63,662 nt of DNA, filler included, from Octopus bimaculoides (GCF_001194135.2; 7 parts of 7 records of this genome joined end to end with filler, not necessarily neighbours in it), one strand, 5' to 3'. Positions 12,661 through 25,084 are shown, numbered from the whole stretch's first letter. Notes: a model not told the origin generated them from the sequence alone. Numbers and translations: made by a program.

Positions 12661-13223
12661 AGCAAATTTAAAATGAAAAAAACAAATAAAACGAAGGTAT
12701 GGAGATTAAATACGCTTTACATCGCTTAATCAGCCAAAGGAGTAAATGTAAACAACTGAATACTTGTCAGTGATTGGTTGAAATTATCGAAATAAGACAA
12801 TTTTTTACATGAAATAAATTCGAATACAAAAATATTTTTCTGTTCTATAACACAAAATAGATAAGTATACGAAGTTTGAAAGTCTTTCCGTACCAAAAAC
12901 ACTACGTAAAACATTAATGAAAAATGTGACCCCCGTTTTAAAATAGATCCCAAAAAGCAAATATTGTCGATAGTACGAACAACAAAACATCGACAGAGTT
13001 TGATGCGACTGTAACAGCAGTCAGTGCAGTTAGTTAGTGCTGGTATTGCTGAGGTCGTTCGTCATTGTTTAGCTGCTGTCAGCTTGGGTCAGCAGCTGCC
13101 CACATCCGTTCGCCATCTGTCTGCCGTCTCGTTTCTACTGTTTCTCAATGCTCTCTGGTTAAGTAGTTAAGGTGTGCCGCAATTTTTACTAATGTTTAGA
13201 CTGAGAGAGAAAGGATTGAAAAG

Positions 13224-13240
13224 ATGGAATTGTTGCTGGA
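13224..13240 (+). CDS. Candidate first coding mini-exon of an unidentified gene (MELLL+GA)
   Basis: ATG in aagATGG context; consensus donor GA|gtgagt at 13241; preceded by a CpG-richer, TCAGT-containing region (12990-13170). Confidence 0.4.
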
Positions 13241-13357
13241 GTGAGTTCTTGGTGTACTTGTTGTACCAGATCAATAGAAGTTTGAAGGAAGAGAGAGTGG
13301 ATCTGGTTTGCATATATCATTCTTACTATAGTAATATATATCTTGCAATTTCTTCAG

Positions 13358-13397
13358 TAAACTAAGACACCTGTACCAACACCATCACGCTTTCTTT
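13358..13397 (+). CDS. Candidate second exon of the same unidentified gene ((D)KLRHLYQHHHAFF)
   Basis: Acceptor tcttgcaatttcttcag|, phase-2 compatible with the previous exon, consensus donor TTT|gtaagt at 13398; 117-nt intron. No homology recognised. Confidence 0.4.
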
Positions 13398-14194
13398 GTA
13401 AGTCCAGGAGCGGTAGGAAAAGAGGCAACCGGATCACGTAGAGAATGTTAGTGGAAGTCTTCAGCTTTGACTCTGTACACAGGTGGATATAGGATGATGG
13501 TCGTTTTCCAAAGACTTATATTACGGACAGCCTGGAGCCTTGTCTTACTGAGTCCTCATTCGTTGAAGCGTTCGAGAGTCACACACGCGCGCACACACAC
13601 ACACACAGAGTTTTACTTGCTCTGCTGTTACTATTACTACATTGGTCTTTGATAAATTAGGGAATTTGATACTGCTTCCTTCCGTTATGTTTCCTGTCGC
13701 AATGTAAACTCATCTGAGATTTCAAATAGTAGAATTTTCCAGATGTGTCTTAAAGGCATACAACCTCATCCAACCTCTTAAGCCTCGTTAAGTATATAGG
13801 TAATCTTGCTCAATAGGTTCGTTAGCTAAATATCCTTGACTCCTGGTACAAGATGAAAGCTATGTAAGATATTGAAAATAACGGAAGGGAAACAAAACAG
13901 CTTAACACGTCACGAATAAATACATTTCAAATAGCAACAGTACCTATGTTCACAAGCACTTAAAATCATTGTGAAGAACCCAACTAAAGTGATATGGTGC
14001 TACATTGAAATATCTTGTCGTAGTCGCAACTGTTTTTGATTTGTTTTTAGATGTAAGTTGTATTGTAGATATATTTGACTGTTTTATTTACAACCAAGAA
14101 ATACTGTAATATCTACTGGACACGTTAGCCCCAGATCAGACTTAATGCAAGAGACCTCTCATCAAAGGTATTCCATATTGGCACTGGTTATATC

Positions 14195-14270
14195 GCCAAT
14201 ATGACCAAGGAAGCCATTCAAACGCATGGCTGGGAAGTGCTGCCACACTTATGTACACCGTTAATAGGTG
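14195..14270 (+). mobile_element. Tiny mariner remnant
   Basis: Reads NMTKEAIQTHGWEVLPH, typical of mariner just before YSPDL, followed by a TIR-like acttatgtacaccgttaata. Confidence 0.45.
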
Positions 14271-14640
14271 AGTAACTGCGACTTTCGTCCTAGATAAAAA
14301 GTATCTTATAGATGTACTGTGTTTGAGAACAATATATATATCGGGAGGAGACGAAAATCGTCCTGGAAGCGAAAAGCGAGAACACCAGCAACATGCCAAA
14401 GCGAGATTTGCGGCCTCTAATATAGGAAGCTGTGAGATATGTAAAAACTGCATTAAAATGGAGTATACGTAAAATGTCTCGTACGAATTTGATAGCCTTG
14501 TATCTGTAATCTCTAAAATCATCATATTCTGTTAGCTTTGATATTATACCTTCCACCCATTCTCTCCATGGCTTTCCCTCCCTCTCTCCTCTTCTTTATA
14601 TTTCTCTCCTCTCACACACCTATTCATTTAGCTATCTAAA

Positions 14641-15040
14641 ATATTCTTTTCTACTCAATGCACAAGGCCCGAAATTTTGGGGGACGGGGCCAGTCGATTA
14701 GATCGACCATAGTACGCAACTAGTACTTAATTTATCGACCCCGAAAGGATGAAAGGCAAAATCGACCTCGGCGGAATTTGAATTCAGAACGTAAAAACAG
14801 ACGAAATACCTATTTCTGTATTGCCCACAAGAGGCTAAACATAGAGGGGACAAACAAGGACAGACAAACGGATTAAGTCGATTACATCGACCCAGTGCGT
14901 AACTGGTACTTAATTTATCGACCCCGAAAGGATGAAAGGCAAAGTCGACCTCGGCGGAATTTGAACTCGGAACGTAACGGCAGACGAAATACCGCTAAGC
15001 ATTTTGCCCGGCGTGCTAACGATTCTGCCAGCTCGCCGCC
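14641..15040 (-). mobile_element. Family C tRNA-derived SINE, tandem dimer
   Basis: Head GGCGGCGAGCTGGCAGAA...GAGTTCAAATTCC and core GCCTTTCATCCTTTCGGGGTCGATAAATTAAGTAC, present twice with different tails. Other copies at 22026-22122(+), 30140-30360(+), 30730-30925(+), 31930-32015(-) and 42500-42675(+). Confidence 0.85.
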
Positions 15041-15273
15041 TTATCTCTCTAAAATATTGACAAATGTCACATAAGTTCGTGCATTTGTTTATCTTGTTTA
15101 TTGTTTAGTTCCATTTCAGTATTGATCAAGAAAACTTATAATCAAGGGTGTTTCAGCCGTGGCCATATTTTTCGTTCAGACAGTTATCTAGAATTTCACA
15201 CTTTTAAGACAGTTAAGTGTAATTTGAGGGAATTTGAGCTAATATTTCCAGAAGGTTGAGCGACCGAATGGAG

Positions 15274-15418
15274 TAAGCATGGGCAACCTTTCTCGAGAAG
15301 CAGGCCGCATGAGACATAGCTAATCATCAGGCGGGCCGCACTACTAAAACACTCGTGGTAATTTTTCATTTGGCGTACCATTCAGAAAGTCTCGCGAGCC
15401 GCAGGTTGCCCATGACTG
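15274..15418. mobile_element. Short hAT-type MITE
   Basis: Inverted termini (AAG)CATGGGCAACCT / AGGTTGCCCATG(ACTG); no TSD recognised. Confidence 0.5.
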
Positions 15419-17558
15419 GCATAGAAGCTTACTTGGAGAATCGGCCAGTATATGATTGTAGTTGTTTAGTTCCCCCAAATCACCTCTGATCAATCAAATG
15501 CATGATCAAAGGTGTTCCAGCCCCTAACATTCCTTCTTTTTAGATATGTAGGACTACATTATCTAATGTGCACTTTCCTTGTTTAAGACGGTAGAGTGTA
15601 ATTTGAGGGAGATTTGGATGTTATTTTTAACAAGTCGAACATCCGCGTAGAAGTGCCGTCACTAAATCAGAAAGGAGAGTAGATTCGGTTAGTGTTTCTT
15701 CAGCGTTTATTTATTTGATGTTTTATATGTAGGTAATAGAGACGTGGGAGTAGTTATACAACAGCACGTGGTGAGTTGTCGAGTACGTAACTTACATAAT
15801 CTCCGTGCGAAGCTTTATATATAGTTTCATAATGCATTAACAAGTCGTTCATGTATGAATTAAAAAGGAAGGGAAGGAGAACAGATCCTTAAGGTACAGC
15901 GGGAGTTTTCAGATTCAAGATATTGTATAGTAGACAGTCTTGGCGGCTTGATAAATGGTTGGCTGGCTAGCATTGTGTATTGTTTCTTAAGGAAGTGTTA
16001 AGAAGTATTTTCTTTATAAGCTGATACGACAAATTAATTCAAATACCTTATTGACGTCGACATTAGTTAGAATTGTGCGTGTATGGTCTTGCTTTGAATT
16101 TTTTTCTTTGGTGAAGTTACAATGTAATTTTCGTGTATTGTTTGTGAGTAGTGTGTTGGTGAAGTAGCTTAATCTAACTAGGAAATAAAATTGTGTTGTG
16201 ATATCAGAGATGAGTCGAACTTGAATTTCATAGAGTGGAAATAAGAAGCTGAGAGGTCTATATTAAACTGCTTTAGAAAATGATCCACAAGTTCTGTTTC
16301 TATTGTATGTGATGTTTGCATATTACGGTTGAAGTGGTTCTTGGTTTTTGTTAGGTTGACTATTTCAGTTGTGTAATATTGGTTATTAAGGGGATTTTTT
16401 TTGGGGGGGGGGGAGCTATTTCTAGTAAATTGAGCGGTCACAAAAAGGACAGTGTTTTGGCCTCGTCAGAGGTAAAATAATTTCTAGTCCTGCAGGAAAC
16501 TCAACTTTTGTAATGTAATTATACGTCTTGAAATACATGTGTGTCTGGTACAAAAGGTATTTGTAAAATCATGATTGATAGATAACAAGAAGTCTACTGT
16601 TAAAGCAGAGTAGTTCAGTTTTCGAGGTTGCTCATATAAAACTTACAAAATGTAAGGTTAAGTGGGGAACATTTGCCACTTCATCAGATCGTTCGTTTAA
16701 TGTTCTGAAATTGCTTTCACCTTCATCTCCTAGTTGTAGAACATCGCTGGACTTCTTTCTTAAGTGTATAGCTTTGAAATGACTGTTGGTTAGGTCCGTA
16801 ACTCTATTGTGTCGTTGGAATACCATTGAAGGCTTTGCCGTTATGTTGAAATGCAAAAGAAAAATTTCTGGACTAGAATTCTCTGAAATGGTCTCCCATT
16901 GCATTCTCCATAGGGAAGACTTGTTCTAGTGAACTCAGCACCGGAACTAACTGATTCTCTGTAATTCATTCCCAAACCACAATCACCCCTAGTGCTTGTG
17001 CTCTAGAGAAATTTGATTTCTCAACTGTTTAGCAGACATACGATGAATCTTTCACTGGATATTGTAGTTCTTCTGTTAGCCAGGCCAACAAGTGCTTTTT
17101 TAATCCTATATTGCTGCATACAACAGAGAATTGCACCACCTACTGCACCTATATAGAGCTGGGTAAATCCAGTCGTTAGCTATTAAAAATTAAATGTTTG
17201 CGAAACGCCGGTAACAAGAGAAAACTACAAGGTAGGAAAGTTGATGATAATGGAAGCGTTGAGAAAGTATTAAAATAGTGTTTAAATTTGCTAAGGTGCT
17301 ATCTATGAGATCATATTTTCTACGTTAAAGACATTCTGAAGACCATTAAATAAACTTATCTATTTAATAAAGATAAACCTTCACCACTCTGTTGGCAACG
17401 CAGTTGCTAGATGGTTTGCTGGATAATTCTTTTCATGCAATTTGTGTTTGCTATCCTATCTCATAAAATTTTATTCGGCAATTAAGCAGTGTTATTGATG
17501 TTCGTAAGTATAAACGTTGTATATTTCGTTATTCAAGCTTCAGAATATATTATTATTA

Positions 17559-17592
<34 letters not shown>

Positions 17593-17602
17593 NNNNNNNN
17601 NN

Positions 17603-17641
<39 letters not shown>

Positions 17642-18275
17642 GTTTTATTAACCTGTCATAAAAATTGTATGACTCGAAATAATCAATCCTTGAAAGAAGA
17701 AAAGAAAAAGTAACAATATAACGGCGGGTAGTGCAAGCTAATTTTGTCAAATTACTAATTAGAATACTGAAAGTTAAAAATCAAGGAACTTAGATGTTCA
17801 CATGGACATACCTTTTGCAGTAAAACAATTACGAGATAGTTATTTTTCAATAAAATGATAGCAGGGTGGAGGAGGACGTAGAGACATCTACTGCATAAAA
17901 ACTTAGCAGTAAAGTAAGCGCTAGCATACATGCAGTAAGAAGCCAAGTTTTAATTGATTAAAATTACACCCTTAGTGACTAATCTTGGTCAAAAAGGACA
18001 AAAGACAACCCAGTGTTTAAGCTACTATTTACTTTTCCTTGCGTGCTAGTGCTATTTATAGGCACAGGCGCAGGCATGGCTGTGTGGTTAAGCAGCTTGC
18101 TTCCCAACAAAGTGGTCTTGGGTTCAGTCCCACTGTGTGGTACCTTGGGCAAGTATCTTCTGCTTTTGTACTGGGCCGACTAGTTTTGTGGGTGGATACA
18201 CTAGACAGAAACTGTGAAAGTTCGTTGTGTATGTACTTATGTATGCATGTATGTATGTATAATTATATATGTGTG

Positions 18276-18328
<53 letters not shown>

Positions 18329-19533
18329 NNNNNNNNNNNNNNNNNNNNNNNNNNNNNNNNNNNNNNNNNNNNTTAATTAATTAANNNNNNNNNNNNNNNN
18401 NNNNNNNNNNNNNNNNNNNNNNNNNNNNCACTTCTCAGCCCTGTTTGTGTGAATCGCCTCACCACGAAACCAACAGCCAGAACTCAGCCTGCGAAGAACA
18501 TCTGTATTCAAGAACCCGGCCCGGCATAGAAGCCCTAACATCACGACGAGTGACCGTTCTGCCTTAACGCCTTAACTTCTTATATACAGACACTTACCAC
18601 TGTGTACTCTAACTAAGAACTGGTATAGTTCCTTATACGTGTTACTGACTCTTATCAATACTATGTATCTCACGCATTCACATACATGTATTACTCGCAC
18701 ACACTCTTTTGTTTACATGACGGCCAGTCTTATATTGTGTTTTATTATGTCGCATCCACTCACACACAGACATACAGTTAAATGCTCCAATAAATCTTAC
18801 TGTTATTCATCTTTATCGGTTGGTTCAATATCGTTTTCCTTACTGGCATTCATTTCGCATTTCACATGCGATCTCTATGTCATAGAATTATAACATATTT
18901 ATCATTTTATATTTTGTGTCGACCGTGTGACGCGTTTAAAAAGGAGCCTGTTTTTCCATTCGTCACCATTTCTCCTTTTGGTTCGCACGGTCGTTCTTAC
19001 ACANNNNNNNNNNNNNNNNNNNNNNNNNNNNNNNNNNNNNNNNNNNNNNNNNNNNNNNNNNNNNNNNNNNNNNNNNNNNNNNNNNNNNNNNNNNNNNNNN
19101 NNNNNNNNNNNNNNNNNNNNNNNNNNNNNNNNNNNNNNNNNNNNNNNNNNNNNNNNNNNNNNNNNNNNNNNNNNNNNNNNNNNNNNNNNNNNNNNNNNNN
19201 NNNNNNNNNNNNNNNNNNNNNNNNNNNNNNNNNNNNNNNNNNNNNNNNNNNNNNNNNNNNNNNNNNNNNNNNNNNNNNNNNNNNNNNNNNNNNNNNNNNN
19301 NNNNNNNNNNNNNNNNNNNNNNNNNNNNNNNNNNNNNNNNNNNNNNNNNNNNNNNNNNNNNNNNNNNNNNNNNNNNNNNNNNNNNNNNNNNNNNNNNNNN
19401 NNNNNNNNNNNNNNNNNNNNNTATATATATATAAATTTAAATAATAAGGATGAAAAACTGAATATTAATTTGATTAATATCAATTTAAAACCAGTGGCCT
19501 AGCAAATTGAAAATTCTGAAGATTCAGAAAAAT

Positions 19534-19763
19534 TATATTACATACATATAAGAGGGATGACCACTAAGTGGACATCCAGTGAAACTGGTCTATGATTAAT
19601 CTTTATATTTTGTATCTTTTCATTTGTCTTGCTCGCTTACGTTCTGGTGTTTGCTGAATTTTCTTGAGAACAATCGTTTCTTAGTGGTCAGACCATAGGT
19701 GATCTTCTTCTAGCAAAAAGGATGTCCACTTAGTGGTCATCCCTCTTATATGTATGTAATATA
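19534..19763. repeat. Perfect 44-bp inverted repeat with 142-bp spacer
   Basis: TATATTACATACATATAAGAGGGATGACCACTAAGTGGACATCC at 19534-19577 and its exact reverse complement at 19720-19763; CCAGTGGCCTAGC directly repeated outside (19491 and 19811). Confidence 0.9.
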
Positions 19764-19997
19764 TATAATTAATAATATCAGGGTAATAAGAAATTTTAGA
19801 AATTTCTACTACCAGTGGCCTAGCGTGTAAAAAAAATTAGTCAATAGACTATAATTCATATAAATACAGTGTACATTTAAACACATAAGAGGTATCCTTC
19901 ATAGGATTCCTTGCACGCTAGAAGGAACAGCTAACATCCAAACCACTATTTAGGGATAAACTTCGAAGGGAATGAAAAATAAAAACATATACCATCT

Positions 19998-20080
19998 ATC
20001 TCATGGACCATAGTTTCAGACTTTTTTAGCAAATAAAATAATTTGCTAGGCGAAGTCTTCATCAGCAGGTACACCTAGAT
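19998..20080 (-). ncRNA. Type I hammerhead ribozyme-like motif, inverted partner copy
   Basis: AUCU-[AGGUGUA]-CCUG-CUGAUGA(20065)-AGACUU...AAGUCU-GAAA(20017)-CUAUG-GUC-CAUG-AGAU; one mismatch in stem I and one in helix III; predicted cut after 20006. Confidence 0.65.
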
Positions 20081-20206
20081 TAAACATATAAGCATGAGGC
20101 AATCCAGCATATGCCCCGTGCTTATACATTCTAACTTTTCAAAACTACCGCTCAAGCGGTAAATAAAAATAATGCCTGCGTCTCATTCGAAAATTTTCCC
20201 GGTGTA

Positions 20207-20275
20207 CCTGCTGATGAAGACTTCACTTAGCAAATTATTTTATTTGTTAAAAAAAGTCTGAAACCATGGTCTAGG
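20207..20275 (+). ncRNA. Type I hammerhead ribozyme-like motif with canonical core
   Basis: CCUG-CUGAUGA(20211)-AGACUU...AAGUCU-GAAA(20260)-CCAUGG-UC-UAGG: stem I CCUG/UAGG, 6-bp stem II with an inner hairpin, short palindromic helix III, predicted cut after GUC at 20271. Confidence 0.75.
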
Positions 20276-21175
20276 AGATGGATGGTAAATGTTTTTATTT
20301 TTCATTCCCTTCGAAATTTATCCCTAATAAGAGATTAGAAACATGATTAGATCATGTTTCTAAAATAAATTTTCTATCATGAGGGAATCTTTTCAATTCA
20401 AGAAGGCACACGCTTCGTGCGAATTTTTAAGGACCATTGTTCTCTCAGATAAGCAGAGTTTGCGCCATCTGCTTCCGTCGAGGTATGGCCTCGGTTGTCC
20501 CAGGAGGTTTCGGCAAAATCTGTATAGCGTTCCCTCATCTTTTAAATGCCATATATACCTCGCTAATGTAACGTTGCGCCTCCTTGGAATCTTAAATTAG
20601 AACCTATGATTATTTAGTCTTGTTTTAAAGGGAACTTCCGTTGCTCCAACATATCTTCGTGTGTGTCTATACGTTGTTGCTGATTCTGCTGGATATCACC
20701 TCTGTTTCGTAGACCACGGCTTCAGAGTTAAATCGACCGAGCATATATATATATATATATATATANNNNNNNNNNNNNNNNNNNNNNNNNNNNNNNNNNN
20801 NNNNNNNNNNNNNNNNNNNNNNNNNNNNNNNNNNNNNNNNNNNNNNNNNNNNNNNNNNNNNNNNNNNNNNNNNNNNNNNNNNNNNNNNNNNNNNNNNNNN
20901 NNNNNNNNNNNNNNNNNNNNNNNNNNNNNNNNNNNNNNNNNNNNNNNNNNNNNNNNNNNNNNNNNNNNNNNNNNNNNNNNNNNNNNNNNNNNNNNNNNNN
21001 NNNNNNNNNNNNNNNNNNNNNNNNNNNNNNNNNNNNNNNNNNNNNNNNNNNNNNNNNNNNNNNNNNNNNNNNNNNNNNNNNNNNNNNNNNNNNNNNNNNN
21101 NNNNNNNNNNNNNNNNNNNNNNNNNNNNNNNNNNNNNNNNNNNNNNNNNNNNNNNNNNNNNNNNNNNNNNNNNNN

Positions 21176-21207
<32 letters not shown>

Positions 21208-21687
21208 CAGTAAGATTCAGTCGAATTAGGTACTAAAATTGAGGCGTGCTATTCAGACATGTACATTATATTAAATATACGGTCCATAATATATTTACAA
21301 AGGTCAGATTCCGAGGCAGGTGAATAAAATATGAGTAACAACAGAGGTATAGATGTCAATCTATTACAGCAATTTCTAACGACTCCTTTAATTGATTAAT
21401 GGAAACATTACATCATTGCAAAGAAACCGTTTTCATCAGATGAATTCATGAACTTCAAAATAAAGGACATTCAAAATGATTTAACAGTTTCAAATCCAAG
21501 GAGCAAAGAAATTTACAGTGATTTTGCTACTGAAACTGAAATAGCAGCAGAATCATTGTAAATGCTGGAACTGTAAAAATCTGTAAAACTTTCCAGAAGT
21601 TTATTTAAATATATATGAGCATGTCTAGATATGCAACTTTATGCATGAGAACACATACATAAAGCAAAACCTACAAATCTGCACATA

Positions 21688-21718
<31 letters not shown>

Positions 21719-22123
21719 CTGCATACATACATACATACATACATACATACAAACAAACAAAAATACCCTGTTGTTGATATTGAAATTTCAGTGAAGGAGC
21801 CTTGAATCTAGGTTAGAAACCGATACTTTCTCTATTGGCAAGAAATCTTGAAATAAGACTAAACAATGACATACATACGTACGTACATACACGCAGAATC
21901 AGAACAAATGTTCTAACACGTCTGCTATTTCGTCGCCTAATTAAGCAATATTAATTAAACAACAGCAATTAAACAACATAGGCAATTTACAAAAAAAAAA
22001 AAAGGTCAATAAAAATAGCCAACAAGGCGGCGAGCTGGCAGAAACGTTAGCCAGCTGGACGAAATGCTTAACGGTATTTCGTCTGTCCTTACGTTCTGAG
22101 TTCAAATTCCGCCGAGGTCGACA

Positions 22124-22860
22124 TTTACGTGCCACCGGCACGAGGGCCAGTCAGGCGGTACTGGCAACGGCCACGCTCAAATGGTGTTTTTTACGTGCCA
22201 CCTGCACAGGAGCCAGTCCAGCGGCACTGGCAATAACCTCACTAGAATGTTTTTTCACGTTTCACCGGCACAAGTGCCAGTAAGGCGACGCTGGTAACGA
22301 TGACGCTCAAATGGTGCTATTTACGCGCCAACGGCACGGAAGCCAGACAGCTGCTCTGGCAATGATCCCGCTTGGACGGTGCTGTTAGCGCTCCACTGGC
22401 ACGGATGCCAGTCATCGAATTTGGTTCAATTACGATTTCGATTTCACTTGCCCCAACAGGTCTTCGCAAGCAGAGTTTAGTGTTCAATGAAGGAAAGGTA
22501 CGCCTAAGTGGGCTGGCTACACCCCTGGCAGAGGCCACGGATTGTGGTCTCACTTGGGTTTGCCGGGTCTTTTCACGTACAGCATATTTTCAAAGGTCTC
22601 GGTCACTAGTCATTGCCTCGGTGAGGCCTAATGTTCGAAGGTCGTGCTTCACCACCTCATCCCAGGTCTTCCTGGATCTACCTCTTCCACAGGTTCCCTC
22701 AACCGCTAGGCTGTGACACTTTTTCACACAGCTATCCTCATCCGTTCTCGCCACATGTCTATACCAGCGCAATTGTCTCTCTTGCACATCACAACTGATG
22801 CTTCTTAGGTTCAACTTTTCTCTCAAGATACTTACACTCTGTCGGGTATGCACACTGACA
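22124..22860 (-). mobile_element. 5'-truncated RTE LINE: ORF2 C-terminus plus 3' UTR hairpin array
   Basis: LREKLNLRSISCDVQERQLRWYRHVAR...AVEGTCGRGRSRKTWDEVVKHDLRTLGLTEAMTSDRDL; tandem 64-66-nt units at 22124-22410. Confidence 0.85.
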
Positions 22861-25038
22861 TTACTTCATTTCTTGCGAGCTTACGGATATATATATATGC
22901 GTGACTGCACATTTTGTCGTCAGCATCCTGAAAATAGCACGCGGTAAACAACACGTGTTTTGTAGTTTGAAACATTCAATGCGCATTTAATGCGTTAGCA
23001 CGAACTTAAAAGATTTATCAAAAAAATGATATTTAGCTGTTATTCTAGCACACCTCACAACCACCTTAATGACAATTCAATAGGCATTTAATGCAAATGC
23101 GATGAACAACAACAACACGTTACAAATGAAATATTTTTTAAAAGAAACATTTTGTTGACCGATTCATAAATTCACATAAATTCAATTGTCAATAGATAAG
23201 TAAGGCAAGTGGTTTCAATATATTTGTCAACACGTGCTTTCTCGCAGGCAAAACAGTTCTCATCTTCCGCTTGTTACTATGGAAACAGGCATGAATGTGT
23301 CAGTGGCTTACGATTGGCTAAAATTTCCAAACGTTTCAAACTTTAACTGCTAATAACTCTTTATTTATTGATTTATAGCTAAAATGATTTTCTCGTCATT
23401 CATTCACCTATAAAAGTGTATCATTCCACTGAGTATGAAATCAATTCGGACAGAATTAACGCTGGCAACCAAACCGAATAGATCCTTAACCGGAAGTGAC
23501 AAGTGTCATCCCATAATTTCATAAATAGAACATTTAAGAGAATTGATGATAGAGAACTTCCTTATTATGTCGTGTCCACGAGTGTCTACTCGAATAGACG
23601 CCTGTGGATATGTTAGATATTTCGGAAGTAGCAGCTAAGATACACTTCTCCAAAGTAATGCATTCTTACCCAGCATAAATAATGTTTGTTTTCATGTTAT
23701 ATAAAACATTTATACGTTCTACACATTGGCTGAGTTCCTCGCGTTGTTCACACTATAGAACGTCACCGTCCTCACCTCCGCTCCATTTATTTACATTAAA
23801 TAAAAAAAAAACTCCTAAACTGCATGTTAGACCAACAGCATTCACAACCTTTACAAATGCTCGGTTTTTCAATTTATGATAATTTTTTTTGTATCTGTTG
23901 GCTCTAACGCCTAAAAACTACGCTGCTAGAATATAATTTTAAGAATATTCTATAAAATAATTTTAGTGAATAAAGAAACTCTAACAGAAGAGATTGTGAA
24001 ATCCTACGTTAATGGACATTGGACATCAAATTGTAACTCGGCCGATCCACGACCATGTGAAATGGCAAAAATAAATCTTATTGAGGTGTCAAGTTTGAAT
24101 GATTGTTATAAATGAAAATATATATATATATATTCGTTTGGCGACATTTTCCAGCGATGCATAGTATGGACTTAAATGTAACTCAAGAGGGGAGATTTTC
24201 TTAAAGCTACAGACCTCACACATTTGATTAATCCGATGTTTTTTCCCCTTCTTCTGCGTTACACTAAGAAAGAAAATAAAGATAAGTGAAATGTGTCCGA
24301 TATCTATACGTGCAATATTTCATCCTCATTTATTCCATAAAACTGTTTACATTAACACATAAAATACAGAGAATAATGGCGGTAAAGATGATGACAATAG
24401 CCATAATAGTGTGGGATAATAGCGACGAATGACGATGATAAATATGATGGGAGGAAATAAAGATTTAGTTAAGAATCACAAGGCCTCAATGGCGTCGTTT
24501 ATTTCGTCAATTGACAGTATATGTTATTTCTCATATTTAAACTGACAGCTGTCATAAGACAACGCAACACAGGAAATATAGGAGGACAATTTCTAATAGC
24601 ATACGCACTAAAACACACACACACACACACACACAATTACTGAACGTATAATGAAAGTAAGACGAGAAAACCTAAGAATCGGTTGACAATATTAAATAAA
24701 TGGTGGTGGACGAGCAGAAGAGGTGGAGNNNNNNNNNNNNNNNNNNNNNNNNNNNNNNNNNNNNNNNNNNNNNNNNNNNNNNNNNNNNNNNNNNNNNNNN
24801 NNNNNNNNNNNNNNNNNNNNNNNNNNNNNNNNNNNNNNNNNNNNNNNNNNNNNNNNNNNNNNNNNNNNNNNNNNNNNNNNNNNNNNNNNNNNNNNNNNNN
24901 NNNNNNNNNNNNNNNNNNNNNNNNNNNNNNNNNNNNNNNNNNAGAAAATACGTTGTGGTATTTAGTTACGAACGGTTATATCATTAGTTCGATTCCCATT
25001 GCGGATTATATTGCTTTTTATCCTGGGAAGTCGATAGA

Positions 25039-25084
<46 letters not shown>

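Larger units (their letters stand above)
19950..20745 (-). mobile_element. Penelope-like element 3' end: GIY-YIG remnant plus inverted duplication of the ribozyme-bearing terminal repeat
   Basis: 20745-20340 reads VVYETEV...YVGATEVPFKTRLNNHRF...LARYIWHLKDEG...KLCLSER across frameshifts. 20201-20327 and 19950-20075 are inverted copies of one about 126-bp sequence. Confidence 0.8.

Noticed and set aside
15900-16440. Possible LINE ORF2 C-terminal remnant on the minus strand
   Set aside because: Too degraded to assign by eye.
16632-17179. Minus-strand ORFs with gtaagt/gtatgt donors; also a plus-strand SHCILHRE motif resembling hAT transposases, and a CUGAUGA-stem near 16688
   Set aside because: Three mutually exclusive weak readings. 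The hammerhead candidate lacks GAAA, and none can be preferred without data.
22124-22410. CRISPR-like repeat/spacer reading of the 65-nt array
   Set aside because: Units are degenerate, the variable parts are only about 10 nt and recur in other copies, the array is within a LINE UTR, and there are no cas genes.
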